Origin: Actinomycetota bacterium
Lineage (GTDB): Bacteria; Actinomycetota; Acidimicrobiia; Acidimicrobiales; CADCSY01
DNA length: 55,051 bases
Assembly: GCA_019348495.1 (NCBI GenBank)
Contig: JAHWJI010000003.1
Span: forward strand, 1-55,051
Reading direction: 5' to 3'
Below the pieces are notes generated by a model. The model saw only the letters and a program-made list of their open reading frames with translations, did not search any database and was not told where the DNA came from. A program made the position numbers and the translations under genes. Shown piece by piece: positions 29,878 to 39,805 of this stretch (positions within the stretch are counted from its first letter, which is position 1; every line of letters begins with the position of its first letter).

Positions 29878-30792
29878 ATGGGACACAAGGTCAACCCCTA
29901 CGGGTTCCGCCTGGGGATCACCACCGACTGGAAGTCGCGTTGGTTCTCCGACCGGGAGTACCGGGACTACCTGATCGAGGACTGGCACGTCCGGGACTAT
30001 CTGATGACCCAGTTGCCACATGCGGCCATCAGCCGGGTGGAGATCGAACGTACCCGGGACCGCCTCCGCGTCGACGTCCACACCGCCCGCCCCGGCATCG
30101 TGATCGGCCGGCGGGGCAGCGAGGCCGACCGGCTCAGGACCGGCCTGGCCAAGATCACCGGCAACAACCGGATCCAGCTCAACATCCAGGAGATCAAGCA
30201 GCCCGAGCTCGACGCCGCCCTCATCGCCCAGGGGGTGGCCGACCAGCTCGCCGGCCGCGTCAACTTCCGTCGAGCCATGAAACGGGCCGTGCAGAACGCC
30301 CAGAAGGCGGGCGTCCCCGGCATCCGGGTCCAGTGCTCGGGCCGCTTGAACGGCGCCGAGATGAGCCGCACGGAGTGGTACCGGGAAGGTCGCGTCCCCC
30401 TGCACACCTTGCGGGCAGACATCGACTACGGCTTTCGGGAGGCCCGCACCACCTACGGTCGCATCGGCGTCAAGGTGTGGATCTACAAGGGTGACATCCT
30501 GCCCTACAAGACCTCGGGCGACGACAAGGCGACGCGTGAGGCAGCCATGGCGGTGGGCGAGACGTCGGGCGCACCCCGACCCCGTCGGGTGGTGTCCGCT
30601 GGCGGCGGTCGCCGCCGGCCCGAGGAGGGCGAGGTGACCACGCCCGGCACCGGCGACAAGGGTGAGACCGAGCCCATCATCAAGGAGGCCGATCCCGAGC
30701 TCGAGCGCCTCTTGGCCGAGGAGGAGGAGATCGAGCGCCTCACCCGCGAGCACCACGAGACGCCCCACTTCCGACCCGGCGAGGGTGACTAG
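29878..30792 (+). CDS. rpsC: 30S ribosomal protein S3 (extended C-terminus)
   Basis: [23 protein letters not shown]...; 304 aa. Confidence 0.94.
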   Translation: MGHKVNPYGFRLGITTDWKSRWFSDREYRDYLIEDWHVRDYLMTQLPHAAISRVEIERTRDRLRVDVHTARPGIVIGRRGSEADRLRTGLAKITGNNRIQLNIQEIKQPELDAALIAQGVADQLAGRVNFRRAMKRAVQNAQKAGVPGIRVQCSGRLNGAEMSRTEWYREGRVPLHTLRADIDYGFREARTTYGRIGVKVWIYKGDILPYKTSGDDKATREAAMAVGETSGAPRPRRVVSAGGGRRRPEEGEVTTPGTGDKGETEPIIKEADPELERLLAEEEEIERLTREHHETPHFRPGEGD

Positions 30793-30795
30793 CCC

Positions 30796-31218
30796 ATGTT
30801 GATGCCCAAGAAGGTGGCGCACCGCAAGCAGCACCGCGGTCGCATGACGGGTGGGGCTACGGGCGGCACCTCGGTGAGCTTCGGGGAGTACGGCATCCAG
30901 GCACTCGAGCCGGGATGGATCACCGCCCGCCAGATCGAGGCGGCCCGAATCGCCATGACGCGCCACGTCAAGCGCGGGGGCAAGGTCTGGATCACCGTGT
31001 TCCCCGACCGTCCCGTGACCGAGAAGCCGGCCGAGACCCGCATGGGCTCGGGCAAGGGCAACCCCGAGCACTGGGTGGCCGTCGTCAAGCCCGGTCGGGT
31101 GCTCTTCGAGCTGGCCGGGGTCAACGAGGAGCTGGCCAGGGGCGCCCTCGAGCGCGCCATCCAAAAGCTTCCCATCCGAGCCCGGGTCATCAGCCGGGCC
31201 ATGGCCGAGGAGGTCTAG
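30796..31218 (+). CDS. rplP: 50S ribosomal protein L16
   Basis: [17 protein letters not shown]... Confidence 0.96.
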   Translation: MLMPKKVAHRKQHRGRMTGGATGGTSVSFGEYGIQALEPGWITARQIEAARIAMTRHVKRGGKVWITVFPDRPVTEKPAETRMGSGKGNPEHWVAVVKPGRVLFELAGVNEELARGALERAIQKLPIRARVISRAMAEEV

Positions 31219-31222
31219 GGCC

Positions 31223-31471
31223 GTGGCGACGACGACGACCGAGTTGCGCAACCTGAGCGACGAGGAGATGGTGGAGCGGCTGGCCGAGGCCAGATCCGAG
31301 CTGTTCAACCTGCGTTTCCAGCACGTGACCGGCCAGCTCGACAACCACGCCCGCCTGAGCCAGGTGCGCAGGGAGGTGGCCCGACTGGCCACCCTGTTGC
31401 GCGAACGGGAGATCGCCGCCGCCGAGGCCCTGGCTGCGGCCCAGGATCAGGAGAGGAACGCACGTGGCTGA
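31223..31471 (+). CDS. rpmC: 50S ribosomal protein L29
   Basis: [33 protein letters not shown]; GTG start. Confidence 0.92.
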   Translation: MATTTTELRNLSDEEMVERLAEARSELFNLRFQHVTGQLDNHARLSQVRREVARLATLLREREIAAAEALAAAQDQERNARG

Positions 31472-31739
31472 CACCACCGCCGTTGTCCGTCCCAACGCCC
31501 GCAAGATCCGGGAAGGGGTGGTGGCATCGACCTCCATGGACAAGACCATCGTGGTGCGCGTCGTCGACCGCGTCCGCCATCCTCGGTACGACAAGACCAT
31601 GCAGCGGACCGGGCGCCTCTACGTCCACGATGGCGCCAACGACGCCCGTGTGGGCGACCGGGTCCGGATCCAAGAGACCCGACCGCTGTCCAAGCTCAAG
31701 CGCTGGCGCCTGGTCGAGATCCTCGACCGGGCCCGGTAG
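31464..31739 (+). CDS. rpsQ: 30S ribosomal protein S17
   Basis: [30 protein letters not shown]...; overlaps rpmC by 8 nt. Confidence 0.94.
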   Translation: MADTTAVVRPNARKIREGVVASTSMDKTIVVRVVDRVRHPRYDKTMQRTGRLYVHDGANDARVGDRVRIQETRPLSKLKRWRLVEILDRAR

Positions 31740-31754
31740 AGGGGCTGGGGCACG

Positions 31755-32123
31755 ATGATCCAACAAGAGTCCCGCCTGCGCGTGGCCGACAACAGCGGCG
31801 CCAGGGAGGTGCTGTGCATCAAGGTGTTGGGCGGCTCCCGGCGGCGCTACGCCTCCATCGGCGACGTCTTCGTAGCCACCGTCAAGGATGCGATTCCCGG
31901 TGCTGGGGTCAAGCGGGGCGACGTGGTCAAGTGTGTCGTGGTGCGGGTCAAGAAGGAGAAGCGCCGTTCGGATGGCTCCTACATCCGCTTCGACGAGAAC
32001 GCCGCCGTGCTCATCAACGACGCACGCCAGCCTCGCGGCACACGCATCTTCGGTCCCGTGGGCCGCGAGCTGCGCGACAAGAGGTTCATGCGGATCGTCT
32101 CTCTAGCTCCAGAGGTGCTGTGA
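31755..32123 (+). CDS. rplN: 50S ribosomal protein L14
   Basis: [27 protein letters not shown]. Confidence 0.97.
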   Translation: MIQQESRLRVADNSGAREVLCIKVLGGSRRRYASIGDVFVATVKDAIPGAGVKRGDVVKCVVVRVKKEKRRSDGSYIRFDENAAVLINDARQPRGTRIFGPVGRELRDKRFMRIVSLAPEVL

Positions 32124-32434
32124 TGAAGATCAAGAAGGGTGACCGGGTGATCGTGCTCTCGGGCAAGGACCGGGGCAAGGAGGGTGTGGTCATGCGCGCC
32201 CTGCCCAAGGAGAACAAGGTCATCGTCGAGGGCGTCAACGTGGCCAAGAAGCACCAGCGGCCCACCCGCATGACCATGCAGGGCGGCATCATCGACAAGG
32301 ACATGCCCCTGCACGTCTCCAACGTGGCCGTCATCAGCCCCGGCGACGGCAGGCCTACCCGGGTGGGGTACCGATTCGACGACGACGGCACCAAGATCCG
32401 CGTCTGCCGGCGCACCGGCGCGGAGATCTCGTGA
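32123..32434 (+). CDS. rplX: 50S ribosomal protein L24
   Basis: [26 protein letters not shown] motif; ATG 32123 overlaps the rplN stop. Confidence 0.94.
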   Translation: MKIKKGDRVIVLSGKDRGKEGVVMRALPKENKVIVEGVNVAKKHQRPTRMTMQGGIIDKDMPLHVSNVAVISPGDGRPTRVGYRFDDDGTKIRVCRRTGAEIS

Positions 32435-33030
32435 CCACCACCGAAGCCAGGTCGGGAGCCGAAGGGGGAGCCGTGCAACCCCGGCTGCGCCAGCGTTACC
32501 ACGCCGAGGTGCGCGCCGCCCTGGCCGACCAGCTCGGCCTGGCCAACGTCCACCAGGTGCCCCGATTCGAGAAGATCGTGGTGAACATGGGGGTCGGCGG
32601 CGCCGTGGCCCAGCCGTCGCTGCTCGACGGCGCCGTACGCGACCTCGCCCAGATCACCGGCCAGAAGCCGGTGGTCACCCGGGCCCGCAAGTCGATCGCC
32701 GGCTTCAAGCTGCGCGAGGACAACCCCATCGGCTGCAAGGTCACCCTGCGCGGTGATCGCATGTGGGAGTTCTTCGATCGCCTGGTCGCCCTGGCCATCC
32801 CCCGCATCCGCGACTTCCGGGGCCTGCCTCCGGACAGCTTCGACGGGCGGGGCAACTACACCTTTGGGGTCACCGAGCAGCTCATCTTCCCCGAGGTCGA
32901 CTACGACAAGGTCGATGCCCCACGAGGCATGGACATCGTCATCGTGACCACCGCCCGCACCGACGCCGAGGGTCGAGCGCTGCTCGACGCCTTCGACTTC
33001 CCATTCCGTCGAGAGACCCCCAGGAGTTAG
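32431..33030 (+). CDS. rplE: 50S ribosomal protein L5
   Basis: [13 protein letters not shown]...[20 protein letters not shown]; GTG start with short N-terminal extension. Confidence 0.93.
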   Translation: MTTTEARSGAEGGAVQPRLRQRYHAEVRAALADQLGLANVHQVPRFEKIVVNMGVGGAVAQPSLLDGAVRDLAQITGQKPVVTRARKSIAGFKLREDNPIGCKVTLRGDRMWEFFDRLVALAIPRIRDFRGLPPDSFDGRGNYTFGVTEQLIFPEVDYDKVDAPRGMDIVIVTTARTDAEGRALLDAFDFPFRRETPRS

Positions 33031-33038
33031 CCGAGCCC

Positions 33039-33224
33039 ATGGCGAAGAAGGCCCTGATCGAGAAGCAGAAGCGCACGCCCAAGTACAAGGTGCGGGCGTA
33101 CACCCGTTGTCGCCGGTGCGGGCGCCCCCGCGCCGTGTTCCGCAAGTTCGGGCTGTGCCGCATCTGCCTCCGGGAGATGGTGCACGCCGGCGAGGTGCCC
33201 GGCGTGACCAAGGCGAGCTGGTGA
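33039..33224 (+). CDS. rpsN: 30S ribosomal protein S14 type Z (zinc-ribbon form)
   Basis: 61 aa, [46 protein letters not shown] (CxxC x2). Confidence 0.93.
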   Translation: MAKKALIEKQKRTPKYKVRAYTRCRRCGRPRAVFRKFGLCRICLREMVHAGEVPGVTKASW

Positions 33225-33294
33225 GCACCGCCATGCGCGTCGACAAGAGCGAGACCGAGCGCGAGATCGGACACGACAGAGGAGCGGTGCGAAC

Positions 33295-33699
33295 ATGAGC
33301 ATGACCGATCCCGTCGCCGACATGCTCACCCGTCTGCGCAATGGCAACGTCGCCTTCCACGATCAGGTGCGGATGCCCTCGTCGAAGCTCAAGGAGGCAC
33401 TGGCTGCAGTGCTCGAGCGGGAGGGCTACATCGCTGGCTTCTCCGTGGCCGACGACCCGGGCCGTCCCGGGCGCATCCTCACCGTCGACATGAAGTACTC
33501 TCCCGATCGGGAGCGCACCATCTCGGGCATCAAACGGATTTCGAAGCCGGGCCTGCGCATCTACCGTCAGGCTGACGGGCTGCCCCGGGTGCTCGGCGGC
33601 CTGGGAGTGGCCGTGCTGTCGACCAGCCAGGGGCTGATGACCGATCGCGAGGCGCGACAGCGCCACGTCGGCGGCGAGATCCTCTGCTACGTGTGGTGA
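33295..33699 (+). CDS. rpsH: 30S ribosomal protein S8
   Basis: [18 protein letters not shown]... Confidence 0.96.
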   Translation: MSMTDPVADMLTRLRNGNVAFHDQVRMPSSKLKEALAAVLEREGYIAGFSVADDPGRPGRILTVDMKYSPDRERTISGIKRISKPGLRIYRQADGLPRVLGGLGVAVLSTSQGLMTDREARQRHVGGEILCYVW

Positions 33700-33702
33700 G
33701 AC

Positions 33703-33762
33703 ATGAGCCGTGAGCCGATGAGTCGTGAGGCGATGTCCCGTGAGGCGATGTCCCGTGAGGAC
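33703..33762 (+). repeat. 15-bp tandem repeat x4 (ATGAGCCGTGAGCCG / ATGAGTCGTGAGGCG / ATGTCCCGTGAGGCG / ATGTCCCGTGAGGAC) in the rpsH-rplF spacer
   Basis: Read directly. A fifth degenerate copy (ATGAGCAGGCGA) lies at 33772. The repeats form a 33-codon ORF, 33703-33804. Confidence 0.9.
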
Positions 33763-33800
33763 GGTGACGTGATGAGCAGGCGAACCAGGGAGATGCCCGC

Positions 33801-34340
33801 ATGAGCCGCGTCGGCCGGGCGCCCATCCCCGTGCCCTCCGGGGTCGACGTCACGGTGGCGGGCGGTCGGATCACCGTCAAGGGACCGAAGGGCTCACTCG
33901 AGCGCGAGGTGCCCTCGCCCATCACCGTGCGTGCCGACGACGGGCAGCTCCTCGTCGAGCGGCCTGACGACGAACGCCTCAATCGCTCCCTGCACGGCCT
34001 CGTCCGCTCGTTGGTGGCCAACATGGTCACCGGGGTGACGGCGGGATACACCAAGGAGCTGGAGATCGTGGGCGTGGGCTACCGGGCCACCGCCGGTGGC
34101 CCCCGCCGCCTCGATCTGGCCCTCGGCTTCAGTCACCCCGTGTCGGTTGACGCGCCGGAGGGCATCACCTTCGCCGTGCCCGTGCCCACCCGGGTCGTGG
34201 TGGAGGGCATCGACAAGCAGCTCGTGGGCCAGGTGGCGGCTGACATCCGCCAGCTTCGCAAGCCCGAGCCCTACAAGGGCAAGGGCGTGCGCTACGCCGG
34301 GGAGCGGATCATCCGCAAGTCGGGCAAGGCGGCCAAGTGA
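33801..34340 (+). CDS. rplF: 50S ribosomal protein L6
   Basis: [19 protein letters not shown]...GYRA...[11 protein letters not shown]. Confidence 0.96.
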   Translation: MSRVGRAPIPVPSGVDVTVAGGRITVKGPKGSLEREVPSPITVRADDGQLLVERPDDERLNRSLHGLVRSLVANMVTGVTAGYTKELEIVGVGYRATAGGPRRLDLALGFSHPVSVDAPEGITFAVPVPTRVVVEGIDKQLVGQVAADIRQLRKPEPYKGKGVRYAGERIIRKSGKAAK

Positions 34341-34359
34341 AGATGATGAGGAGTGTTCG

Positions 34360-34728
34360 ATGAGCTCGTCGGTCAAACAGAAGCACGTCGCCCGCGTGCG
34401 GCGGCACCGCCGGGTGCGCAAGAAGGTGCGGGGCACCGCCGAGCGGCCTCGCCTGGCCGTGTTCCGCTCCAACCGCCACATGGCGGTGCAGGTGGTCGAC
34501 GACCTGACCGGTCGCACGTTGGCCGCCGCCTCGAGCCTGGAGGCCGATCTGCGAGCTGCCGGCCCGACGGGCAACCGTGCGGCCGCTGCGGCCGTGGGCC
34601 GGCTGGTGGCCGAGCGGGCCCGGGCGGCGGGGATCACCAAGGTGGTCTTCGATCGAGGGGGCTTTCTCTACCATGGGCGGGTGGCGGCAGTGGCCGACGC
34701 CGCCCGTGAGGCCGGGCTCGAGCTGTGA
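34360..34728 (+). CDS. rplR: 50S ribosomal protein L18
   Basis: [35 protein letters not shown]...[12 protein letters not shown]; ATG 34360 after GAGGAG. Confidence 0.94.
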   Translation: MSSSVKQKHVARVRRHRRVRKKVRGTAERPRLAVFRSNRHMAVQVVDDLTGRTLAAASSLEADLRAAGPTGNRAAAAAVGRLVAERARAAGITKVVFDRGGFLYHGRVAAVADAAREAGLEL

Positions 34729-34753
34729 CCAACCTCCAAGAGGAGACCTTCTG

Positions 34754-35311
34754 ATGTCTGACGCAGGACTTCGTGACGGGCGGCTCATCACCCGTCCCCG
34801 CCGAGTAGCCAAGGTGGTCAAGGGCGGGCGCCGCTTCCAGTTCGCCGCCCTTGTGGTGGTGGGCGACGGTGCCGGGCGGGTCGGCCTCGGCTACGGCAAG
34901 GCCCGTGAGGTCCCGCTGTCGATCCAAAAGGGCACCGAGGACGCCAAGAAGAACGTGTTCGCGGTCCCCTTGGCCGGCTCCACCATCGTCCACCCGGTGA
35001 TGGGCGAGTTCGGCGCCGCCCGGGTGATGCTCAAGCCGGCGGCGCCCGGGACCGGTGTCATCGCCGGCGGTGCGGCCCGGGTCATCCTCGAAGAGGCTGG
35101 GGTCCACGATGTGTTGTGCAAGTCGCTGGGCTCGTCGAACCACATCAACGTGGCCCGGGCGACCATCGCCGGGCTCCAGGCCCTGCAGCGACCCGACGTC
35201 GTCGCCCGCCGACGCGGGCTCTCGCCCGAAGAGGTCACGCCGGCCGGGTTGTTGAACGCCTACCGGGATTCGAACCGCCGGGGCAGCCCACCGCCGCGTG
35301 AGGTGGCGTGA
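34754..35311 (+). CDS. rpsE: 30S ribosomal protein S5
   Basis: [37 protein letters not shown]; ATG 34754 after AGGAGA. Confidence 0.94.
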   Translation: MSDAGLRDGRLITRPRRVAKVVKGGRRFQFAALVVVGDGAGRVGLGYGKAREVPLSIQKGTEDAKKNVFAVPLAGSTIVHPVMGEFGAARVMLKPAAPGTGVIAGGAARVILEEAGVHDVLCKSLGSSNHINVARATIAGLQALQRPDVVARRRGLSPEEVTPAGLLNAYRDSNRRGSPPPREVA

Positions 35312-35568
35312 TGACCGACGCCGCCGGCTCCGACGCCGCTGGGCCCGATGCCGCCCGTCCGGTCCCCGAGGCCACCCTGGCCGTCACCCAGGTGCGCTCG
35401 GCCATCGGGACCAAGCCCAAGCACCGCGGGACGCTGCGGGCGCTGGGCCTGAGAGGCATCGGCAAGACCAACGTGCTGCCTGATCGTCCCGAGATCAGGG
35501 GCATGATCGCCCGGGTTCCCCACCTGGTGGAGGTCCGAAGGATCGACGACCACGGAGGTGCGAAGTGA
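35311..35568 (+). CDS. rpmD: 50S ribosomal protein L30 (N-terminal extension)
   Basis: [33 protein letters not shown] core; ATG 35311 overlaps the rpsE TGA (GTG 35308 also possible). Confidence 0.9.
   Translation: MTDAAGSDAAGPDAARPVPEATLAVTQVRSAIGTKPKHRGTLRALGLRGIGKTNVLPDRPEIRGMIARVPHLVEVRRIDDHGGAK
35317..35361 (+). repeat. three imperfect 15-bp tandem repeats in the rpmD 5' end ([15 protein letters not shown])
   Basis: GACGCCGCCGGCTCC GACGCCGCTGGGCCC GATGCCGCCCGTCCG, read directly. Confidence 0.8.
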
Positions 35569-36053
35569 AGGTCCACGAGCTGCAGCCCGCTCCGGGTTCC
35601 AACACCCGGCGCCGGCGCGTCGGTCGAGGCATCGGGGGCCACGGCGGCAAGACCGCCGGGCGAGGCAGCAAGGGTCAGCGGGCTCGCAGCCGCGTACCCG
35701 TCGGCTTCGAGGGTGGCCAGATGCCCCTGCAGCGCCGGTTGCCCAAGCTCAAGGGTTTCACCAACCCCTTCCGGGTGGCCTACGTCGTGGTGAACCTCGA
35801 CGCGCTCGAGGCTTTCGACGGTGACGAGGCCACGCCCGAGACACTGCGGGCCCGGGGCCTCGTGCACAAGCGAGGTCTGGTCAAGGTACTGGGTCGAGGC
35901 GAGCTCACCCGGGCCCTGACCGTGCGGGCCCACGCCTTCTCGGCGTCGGCCGAGGCCGCCATCACCGGAGCCGGGGGGACCGTCGAGGTCCTGGCGCCCC
36001 CCTTCGGCCACGGACGCCCCCCTGCCCGGGGAAACGCCCTGACCAACCGCTAG
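35565..36053 (+). CDS. rplO: 50S ribosomal protein L15
   Basis: [38 protein letters not shown]. Confidence 0.95.
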   Translation: MKVHELQPAPGSNTRRRRVGRGIGGHGGKTAGRGSKGQRARSRVPVGFEGGQMPLQRRLPKLKGFTNPFRVAYVVVNLDALEAFDGDEATPETLRARGLVHKRGLVKVLGRGELTRALTVRAHAFSASAEAAITGAGGTVEVLAPPFGHGRPPARGNALTNR

Positions 36054-36098
36054 CGTCCGGAGCGGTCCCTGGTCCCCCTTTCTCCGAGAGGTCTGTCT

Positions 36099-37409
36099 GT
36101 GCTGTCCAGCTTGAAGAACATGTTCAAGGTCGAGGATCTGCGCAACAAGATCCTCTTCACCCTGCTCATCATCGCCCTGTACCGCCTGGGGTCCCACGTG
36201 CCCACACCCGGGGTCGACTTCGGCGCCGTGCAGCAGCTGGAGCAGCAGGCCACCCAGGGCGGAGGCGTCCTCGGGTTCCTGAGCTTCTTCTCCGGGGGTG
36301 CCCTGACCCGTATGGCCGTCTTCGGGCTGGGAATCATGCCGTACATCACCGCCTCCATCATCATGCAGGTGCTGGCCGTGGTCATCCCCAAGCTGGAGCA
36401 GTGGCAACAGCAGGGGGCGGTGGGCCAAAAGAAGATCACCCAGTGGACCCGCTACCTCACCGTGGCCCTGGCCCTGTTGCAATCCACAGGGCTCGCCTTC
36501 TTGTTCCACAACGGCGGCGGGGGCCTCTTCGGCAACACCGCCATCGATCTGATCCCGGAGTTCACCGTGCCCCGGGTGTTGCTGGTGGTGCTGTCGCTCA
36601 CGGCCGGCACCGCCCTCATCATGTGGATGGGCGAGCTCATCACCCAGCGAGGGGTGGGCAACGGCATGTCGCTCATCATCTTCGCCTCGGTGGTCAGTGC
36701 CATCCCGTCGGGTGGCGCCCTGGTACGGGCCGAGGGCGGCAACCTCGTGTTCGCCCTGGTGGTCCTCCTGGCCCTGGTGGCCCTGGTGGCCATCGTCTTC
36801 GTCGAGCAGGGGCAGCGCCGCATCCCCGTGCAGTTCGCCAAGCGGGTGGTGGGCCGGCGTCAATATGGCGGCCAGAGCAGCTACATCCCTCTCAAGGTCA
36901 ACCAGTCGGGTGTCATCCCGGTGATCTTCGCCAGCTCGGTGCTCTACCTGCCGGTGCTGCTCACCAACGTGCTGCCCACCGGTGCGGTCTGGGACAGCAT
37001 CCGAACCTGGATCAGCGAGAACCTGCTTGCCCCGGACAACTTCTGGTACATCTCCATCTTCGGGCTGATGATCATCTTCTTCGCCTACTTCTACACCGCC
37101 ATCACCTTCGACCCGGCCAAGCAGGCTGACACCATCCGCAAGCAGGGTGGTTTCATCCCCGGCATCCGGCCCGGTCCCCAGACCGAGCGACACCTGGCCA
37201 AGATCCTTTCTCGCATCACCCTGCCCGGGGCCCTGTTCATCGCCGTGGTCGCCCTGCTGCCCAGCGTCCTGCTGGCCGTCTACGGCATCCGAGGCTTCGA
37301 GGGCTTCGGCGGGATCTCCCTGCTCATCGCCGTGGGCGTCGCCCTCGAGACCATGAAGCAGATCGACAGCCAACTGATGATGCGCAACTACGAGAGCTTC
37401 CTCAAGTGA
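36099..37409 (+). CDS. secY: preprotein translocase subunit SecY
   Basis: 10-TM protein, LRNKILFTLLIIALYRLGSHVPTPG...GIMPYITASIIMQ. Confidence 0.96.
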   Translation: MLSSLKNMFKVEDLRNKILFTLLIIALYRLGSHVPTPGVDFGAVQQLEQQATQGGGVLGFLSFFSGGALTRMAVFGLGIMPYITASIIMQVLAVVIPKLEQWQQQGAVGQKKITQWTRYLTVALALLQSTGLAFLFHNGGGGLFGNTAIDLIPEFTVPRVLLVVLSLTAGTALIMWMGELITQRGVGNGMSLIIFASVVSAIPSGGALVRAEGGNLVFALVVLLALVALVAIVFVEQGQRRIPVQFAKRVVGRRQYGGQSSYIPLKVNQSGVIPVIFASSVLYLPVLLTNVLPTGAVWDSIRTWISENLLAPDNFWYISIFGLMIIFFAYFYTAITFDPAKQADTIRKQGGFIPGIRPGPQTERHLAKILSRITLPGALFIAVVALLPSVLLAVYGIRGFEGFGGISLLIAVGVALETMKQIDSQLMMRNYESFLK

Positions 37410-37621
37410 TTCGGCCTCACTCGCTTCGCTCCGTTCGGCCGAGCCAAACGGGCTCCGTCGCCGGGCAGAGCCCGTCGACTCCACGCTGACCACTTGCCAG
37501 GCGAGCTCCGCTCGTCGGGCCGCCAGCCAGATGGGGCCGCCTTTGGCGGCGCTCGTGGCCGGCGGCCGGCCGCTTCGATCTGCTTCTGGACGGGACAGGC
37601 TGACCAGTAGGATCGATCGAC

Positions 37622-38362
37622 ATGAGACGAAGCCCCGACGAGATCGCCAAGATGCGCAAGGCCGGTCGCGTGGTGGCCGAGATGCATGAACGCATCCGCG
37701 AGGCGATCCGCCCGGGGGTGACGGGCCTGCAGCTCGACGCCATCGGCCGAGAGGTCATCGAACGCAACGGGGCCCGGTCCAACTTCCTCAACTACCACGG
37801 GTTTCCGGCAGTGATCTGCGCCTCGCCCAACGACATGATCGTGCACGGCATCCCCAACGACGAGCCGCTGGAGGAGGGCGACATCATCTCCATCGACTGC
37901 GGGGCGATCATCCAGGGCTACCACGGCGATGCGGCCAACACCTGGCCCGTAGGCCAGATCTCGGCCGAGGCCGAGAAGCTGCTGCGGGTGACCGAGGAGA
38001 GCCTGTGGGCCGGGATCGAGCAGATGCGCGACGGCAACCGGATCTCCGACATCGGACATGCCGTGCAGACGGTGGCCGAGGGCGCCGGCTACGGCGTGGT
38101 CCGAGAGTACGTCGGCCACGCCATCGGCACGGCCATGCACGAAAAGCCCGAGGTGCCCAACTACGGCGACCCGGGCAAGGGCCCCAAGCTGCGGTCGGGC
38201 AACGTCTTCGCGGTCGAGCCCATGGTGAACATGGGTGGTTGCGAGACCCAGGTGCTGGCCGACGGCTGGGGGGTCGTGACCCTCGACGGCTCGCTGTCGG
38301 CCCACTTCGAGCACAGCATCGCCATCACCGACGACGGCCCTGTCGTGTTGACCCTGCCCTGA
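37622..38362 (+). CDS. map: type I methionine aminopeptidase
   Basis: [57 protein letters not shown] metal-ligand motifs. Confidence 0.95.
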   Translation: MRRSPDEIAKMRKAGRVVAEMHERIREAIRPGVTGLQLDAIGREVIERNGARSNFLNYHGFPAVICASPNDMIVHGIPNDEPLEEGDIISIDCGAIIQGYHGDAANTWPVGQISAEAEKLLRVTEESLWAGIEQMRDGNRISDIGHAVQTVAEGAGYGVVREYVGHAIGTAMHEKPEVPNYGDPGKGPKLRSGNVFAVEPMVNMGGCETQVLADGWGVVTLDGSLSAHFEHSIAITDDGPVVLTLP

Positions 38363-38395
38363 CGGGAGCTCGGGAGCCTCGCCACATCGGCCCGG

Positions 38396-38415
38396 GAAGT
38401 GGGCGAGCCCACTTC
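38396..38415 (+). terminator. hairpin downstream of map (GAAGTGGGC-GA-GCCCACTTC)
   Basis: 9-bp palindrome. The right arm is the first 9 nt of the duplicated map fragment. Confidence 0.35.
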
Positions 38416-38473
38416 GACCACCACGCCCATGGCCATCACCGACGACGGCCCTGTCGTCCTCACGCTGTTGTAA
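38407..38473 (+). pseudogene. duplicated, frame-disrupted copy of the last roughly 63 nt of map
   Basis: GCCCACTTCGA and a 26-nt exact match GCCATCACCGACGACGGCCCTGTCGT repeat 38300-38346. A 4-nt length difference separates them. The fragment ends in its own TAA. Confidence 0.6.
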
Positions 38474-38599
38474 CCCACCGGCGGCGCTCGTGCCTCGTCC
38501 CCGTCGTTTGTGGAAGCGGGGTTTCGATGGGTACCATGACAGACCGGCCTTCGGGCCTCGGCGCGTCCTGCCCGGCAACGGACTACGGATGCGCCCCGC

Positions 38600-38857
38600 T
38601 TGGTTCCATTCACCGCCTCAAAAGGATCGACACTGCCAAAGCCCAAAGAAGACGCGATCGTGCTGGAAGGGAAGGTGACCGAGCCGCTGCCCAACGCCAT
38701 GTTCCGGGTCGAGCTCGACAATGGTCATCAGGTCCTGGCCCACATCTCGGGCAAGATGCGCATGCACTACATCCGCATCCTTCCCGGCGACCGCGTCCAG
38801 GTGGAGCTGACGCCCTACGACCTGACCCGGGGCCGTATCACCTACAGGTACAAGTGA
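38600..38857 (+). CDS. infA: translation initiation factor IF-1
   Basis: [63 protein letters not shown]. The start is uncertain: TTG 38600 gives 85 aa, while CTG 38633, 6 nt after AAGGA, gives the usual 74 aa. Confidence 0.9.
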   Translation: MVPFTASKGSTLPKPKEDAIVLEGKVTEPLPNAMFRVELDNGHQVLAHISGKMRMHYIRILPGDRVQVELTPYDLTRGRITYRYK

Positions 38858-38970
38858 TGAAGGTACGTCCGAGCGTCAAACCGATGTGCGAGAAGTGCAA
38901 GGTGATCAGACGGCACGGCCGCGTGCACGTCATCTGCACCAACCCTCGCCACAAGCAACGGCAGGGGTAG
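38857..38970 (+). CDS. rpmJ: 50S ribosomal protein L36
   Basis: [37 protein letters not shown]; ATG overlaps the infA TGA (TGATG). Confidence 0.95.
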   Translation: MKVRPSVKPMCEKCKVIRRHGRVHVICTNPRHKQRQG

Positions 38971-38973
38971 CCA

Positions 38974-39351
38974 ATGGCACGGATCTCAGGAGTCGACATC
39001 CCCCGCGAGAAGCGGCTGGAGATTGCCCTCACCTACATCTACGGGGTGGGGCCCAGCCGGGCCAGGGAGGTGTGCACCGCGGTGGGCGTCGACCCCGACA
39101 CCAGGGTGCGCGACCTCACCGACGACGAGGTGGCCCAGATCCGGGGCTGGGTCGACCAGAACCTGCGGGTCGAGGGGGACCTGCGTCGCGAGGTGTCCAC
39201 TGACATCAAGCGCAAGATGGAGATCGGTTGCTACCAGGGCCTGCGCCACCGGCGCGGCCTCCCCGTGCACGGACAGCGCACCCACACCAACGCCCGGACC
39301 CGCAAGGGGCCGAAGAAGACCGTGGCCGGCAAGAAGAAGGTCAGGAAGTAG
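38974..39351 (+). CDS. rpsM: 30S ribosomal protein S13
   Basis: [26 protein letters not shown]. Confidence 0.96.
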   Translation: MARISGVDIPREKRLEIALTYIYGVGPSRAREVCTAVGVDPDTRVRDLTDDEVAQIRGWVDQNLRVEGDLRREVSTDIKRKMEIGCYQGLRHRRGLPVHGQRTHTNARTRKGPKKTVAGKKKVRK

Positions 39352-39357
39352 GAGAAC

Positions 39358-39756
39358 ATGGCCAAGCCCAAGCCCGGAGGGCGCCGCCCTCGGCGCCGTG
39401 AGCGCAAGAACGTGACCTACGGGATCGCCCACATCAAGAGCTCGTTCAACAACACCATCGTCAGCATCAGCGACCAGGAGGGCAACGTGCTCGCCTGGGC
39501 CTCGGCCGGCAACGTCGGCTTCAAGGGCTCCCGCAAGTCCACTCCCTACGCGGCCCAGATGGCCGCCGAGCAGTGTGCCCGGCGAGCCATGGAGCACGGG
39601 GTGCGGCGCGTCGATGTGCTGGTCAAGGGACCGGGCTCAGGTCGCGAGACCGCCATCCGCTCGATCATGGGCGTGGGCATCGAGGTCACCGGCATCAAAG
39701 ACGTCACCCCGATGCCCCACAACGGCTGCCGACCACCCAAGAGAAGGAGGGTGTGA
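39358..39756 (+). CDS. rpsK: 30S ribosomal protein S11
   Basis: [30 protein letters not shown]...[13 protein letters not shown]. Confidence 0.96.
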   Translation: MAKPKPGGRRPRRRERKNVTYGIAHIKSSFNNTIVSISDQEGNVLAWASAGNVGFKGSRKSTPYAAQMAAEQCARRAMEHGVRRVDVLVKGPGSGRETAIRSIMGVGIEVTGIKDVTPMPHNGCRPPKRRRV

Positions 39757-39805
39757 TGCACTCCACGACGGCTGGCGAGGCCAGCCCAAGGCGTCGGAGG
39801 GTCTG

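Noticed and set aside
33703-33762. Could the 15-bp repeats be a miniature CRISPR array?
   Set aside because: The units are directly abutting with no spacers, are only 15 bp long, and no cas genes are nearby. This is a simple tandem repeat.
21856-37493. Other long antisense ORFs (21856-23946, 27547-29019, 29599-31392, 32086-33666, 35235-37493, all minus strand)
   Set aside because: Each lies opposite well-conserved genes (fusA/tuf, rplW-rpsS, rpsC-rplP, rplX-rpsH, rpmD-secY). No recognisable motifs. High-GC stop-codon depletion explains them.
38005-38970. 321-aa plus-strand ORF spanning map, the intergenic region, infA and rpmJ
   Set aside because: Only its last 37 codons (MKVRPSV...) are real and correspond to rpmJ. 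The rest runs out of frame through map and infA.
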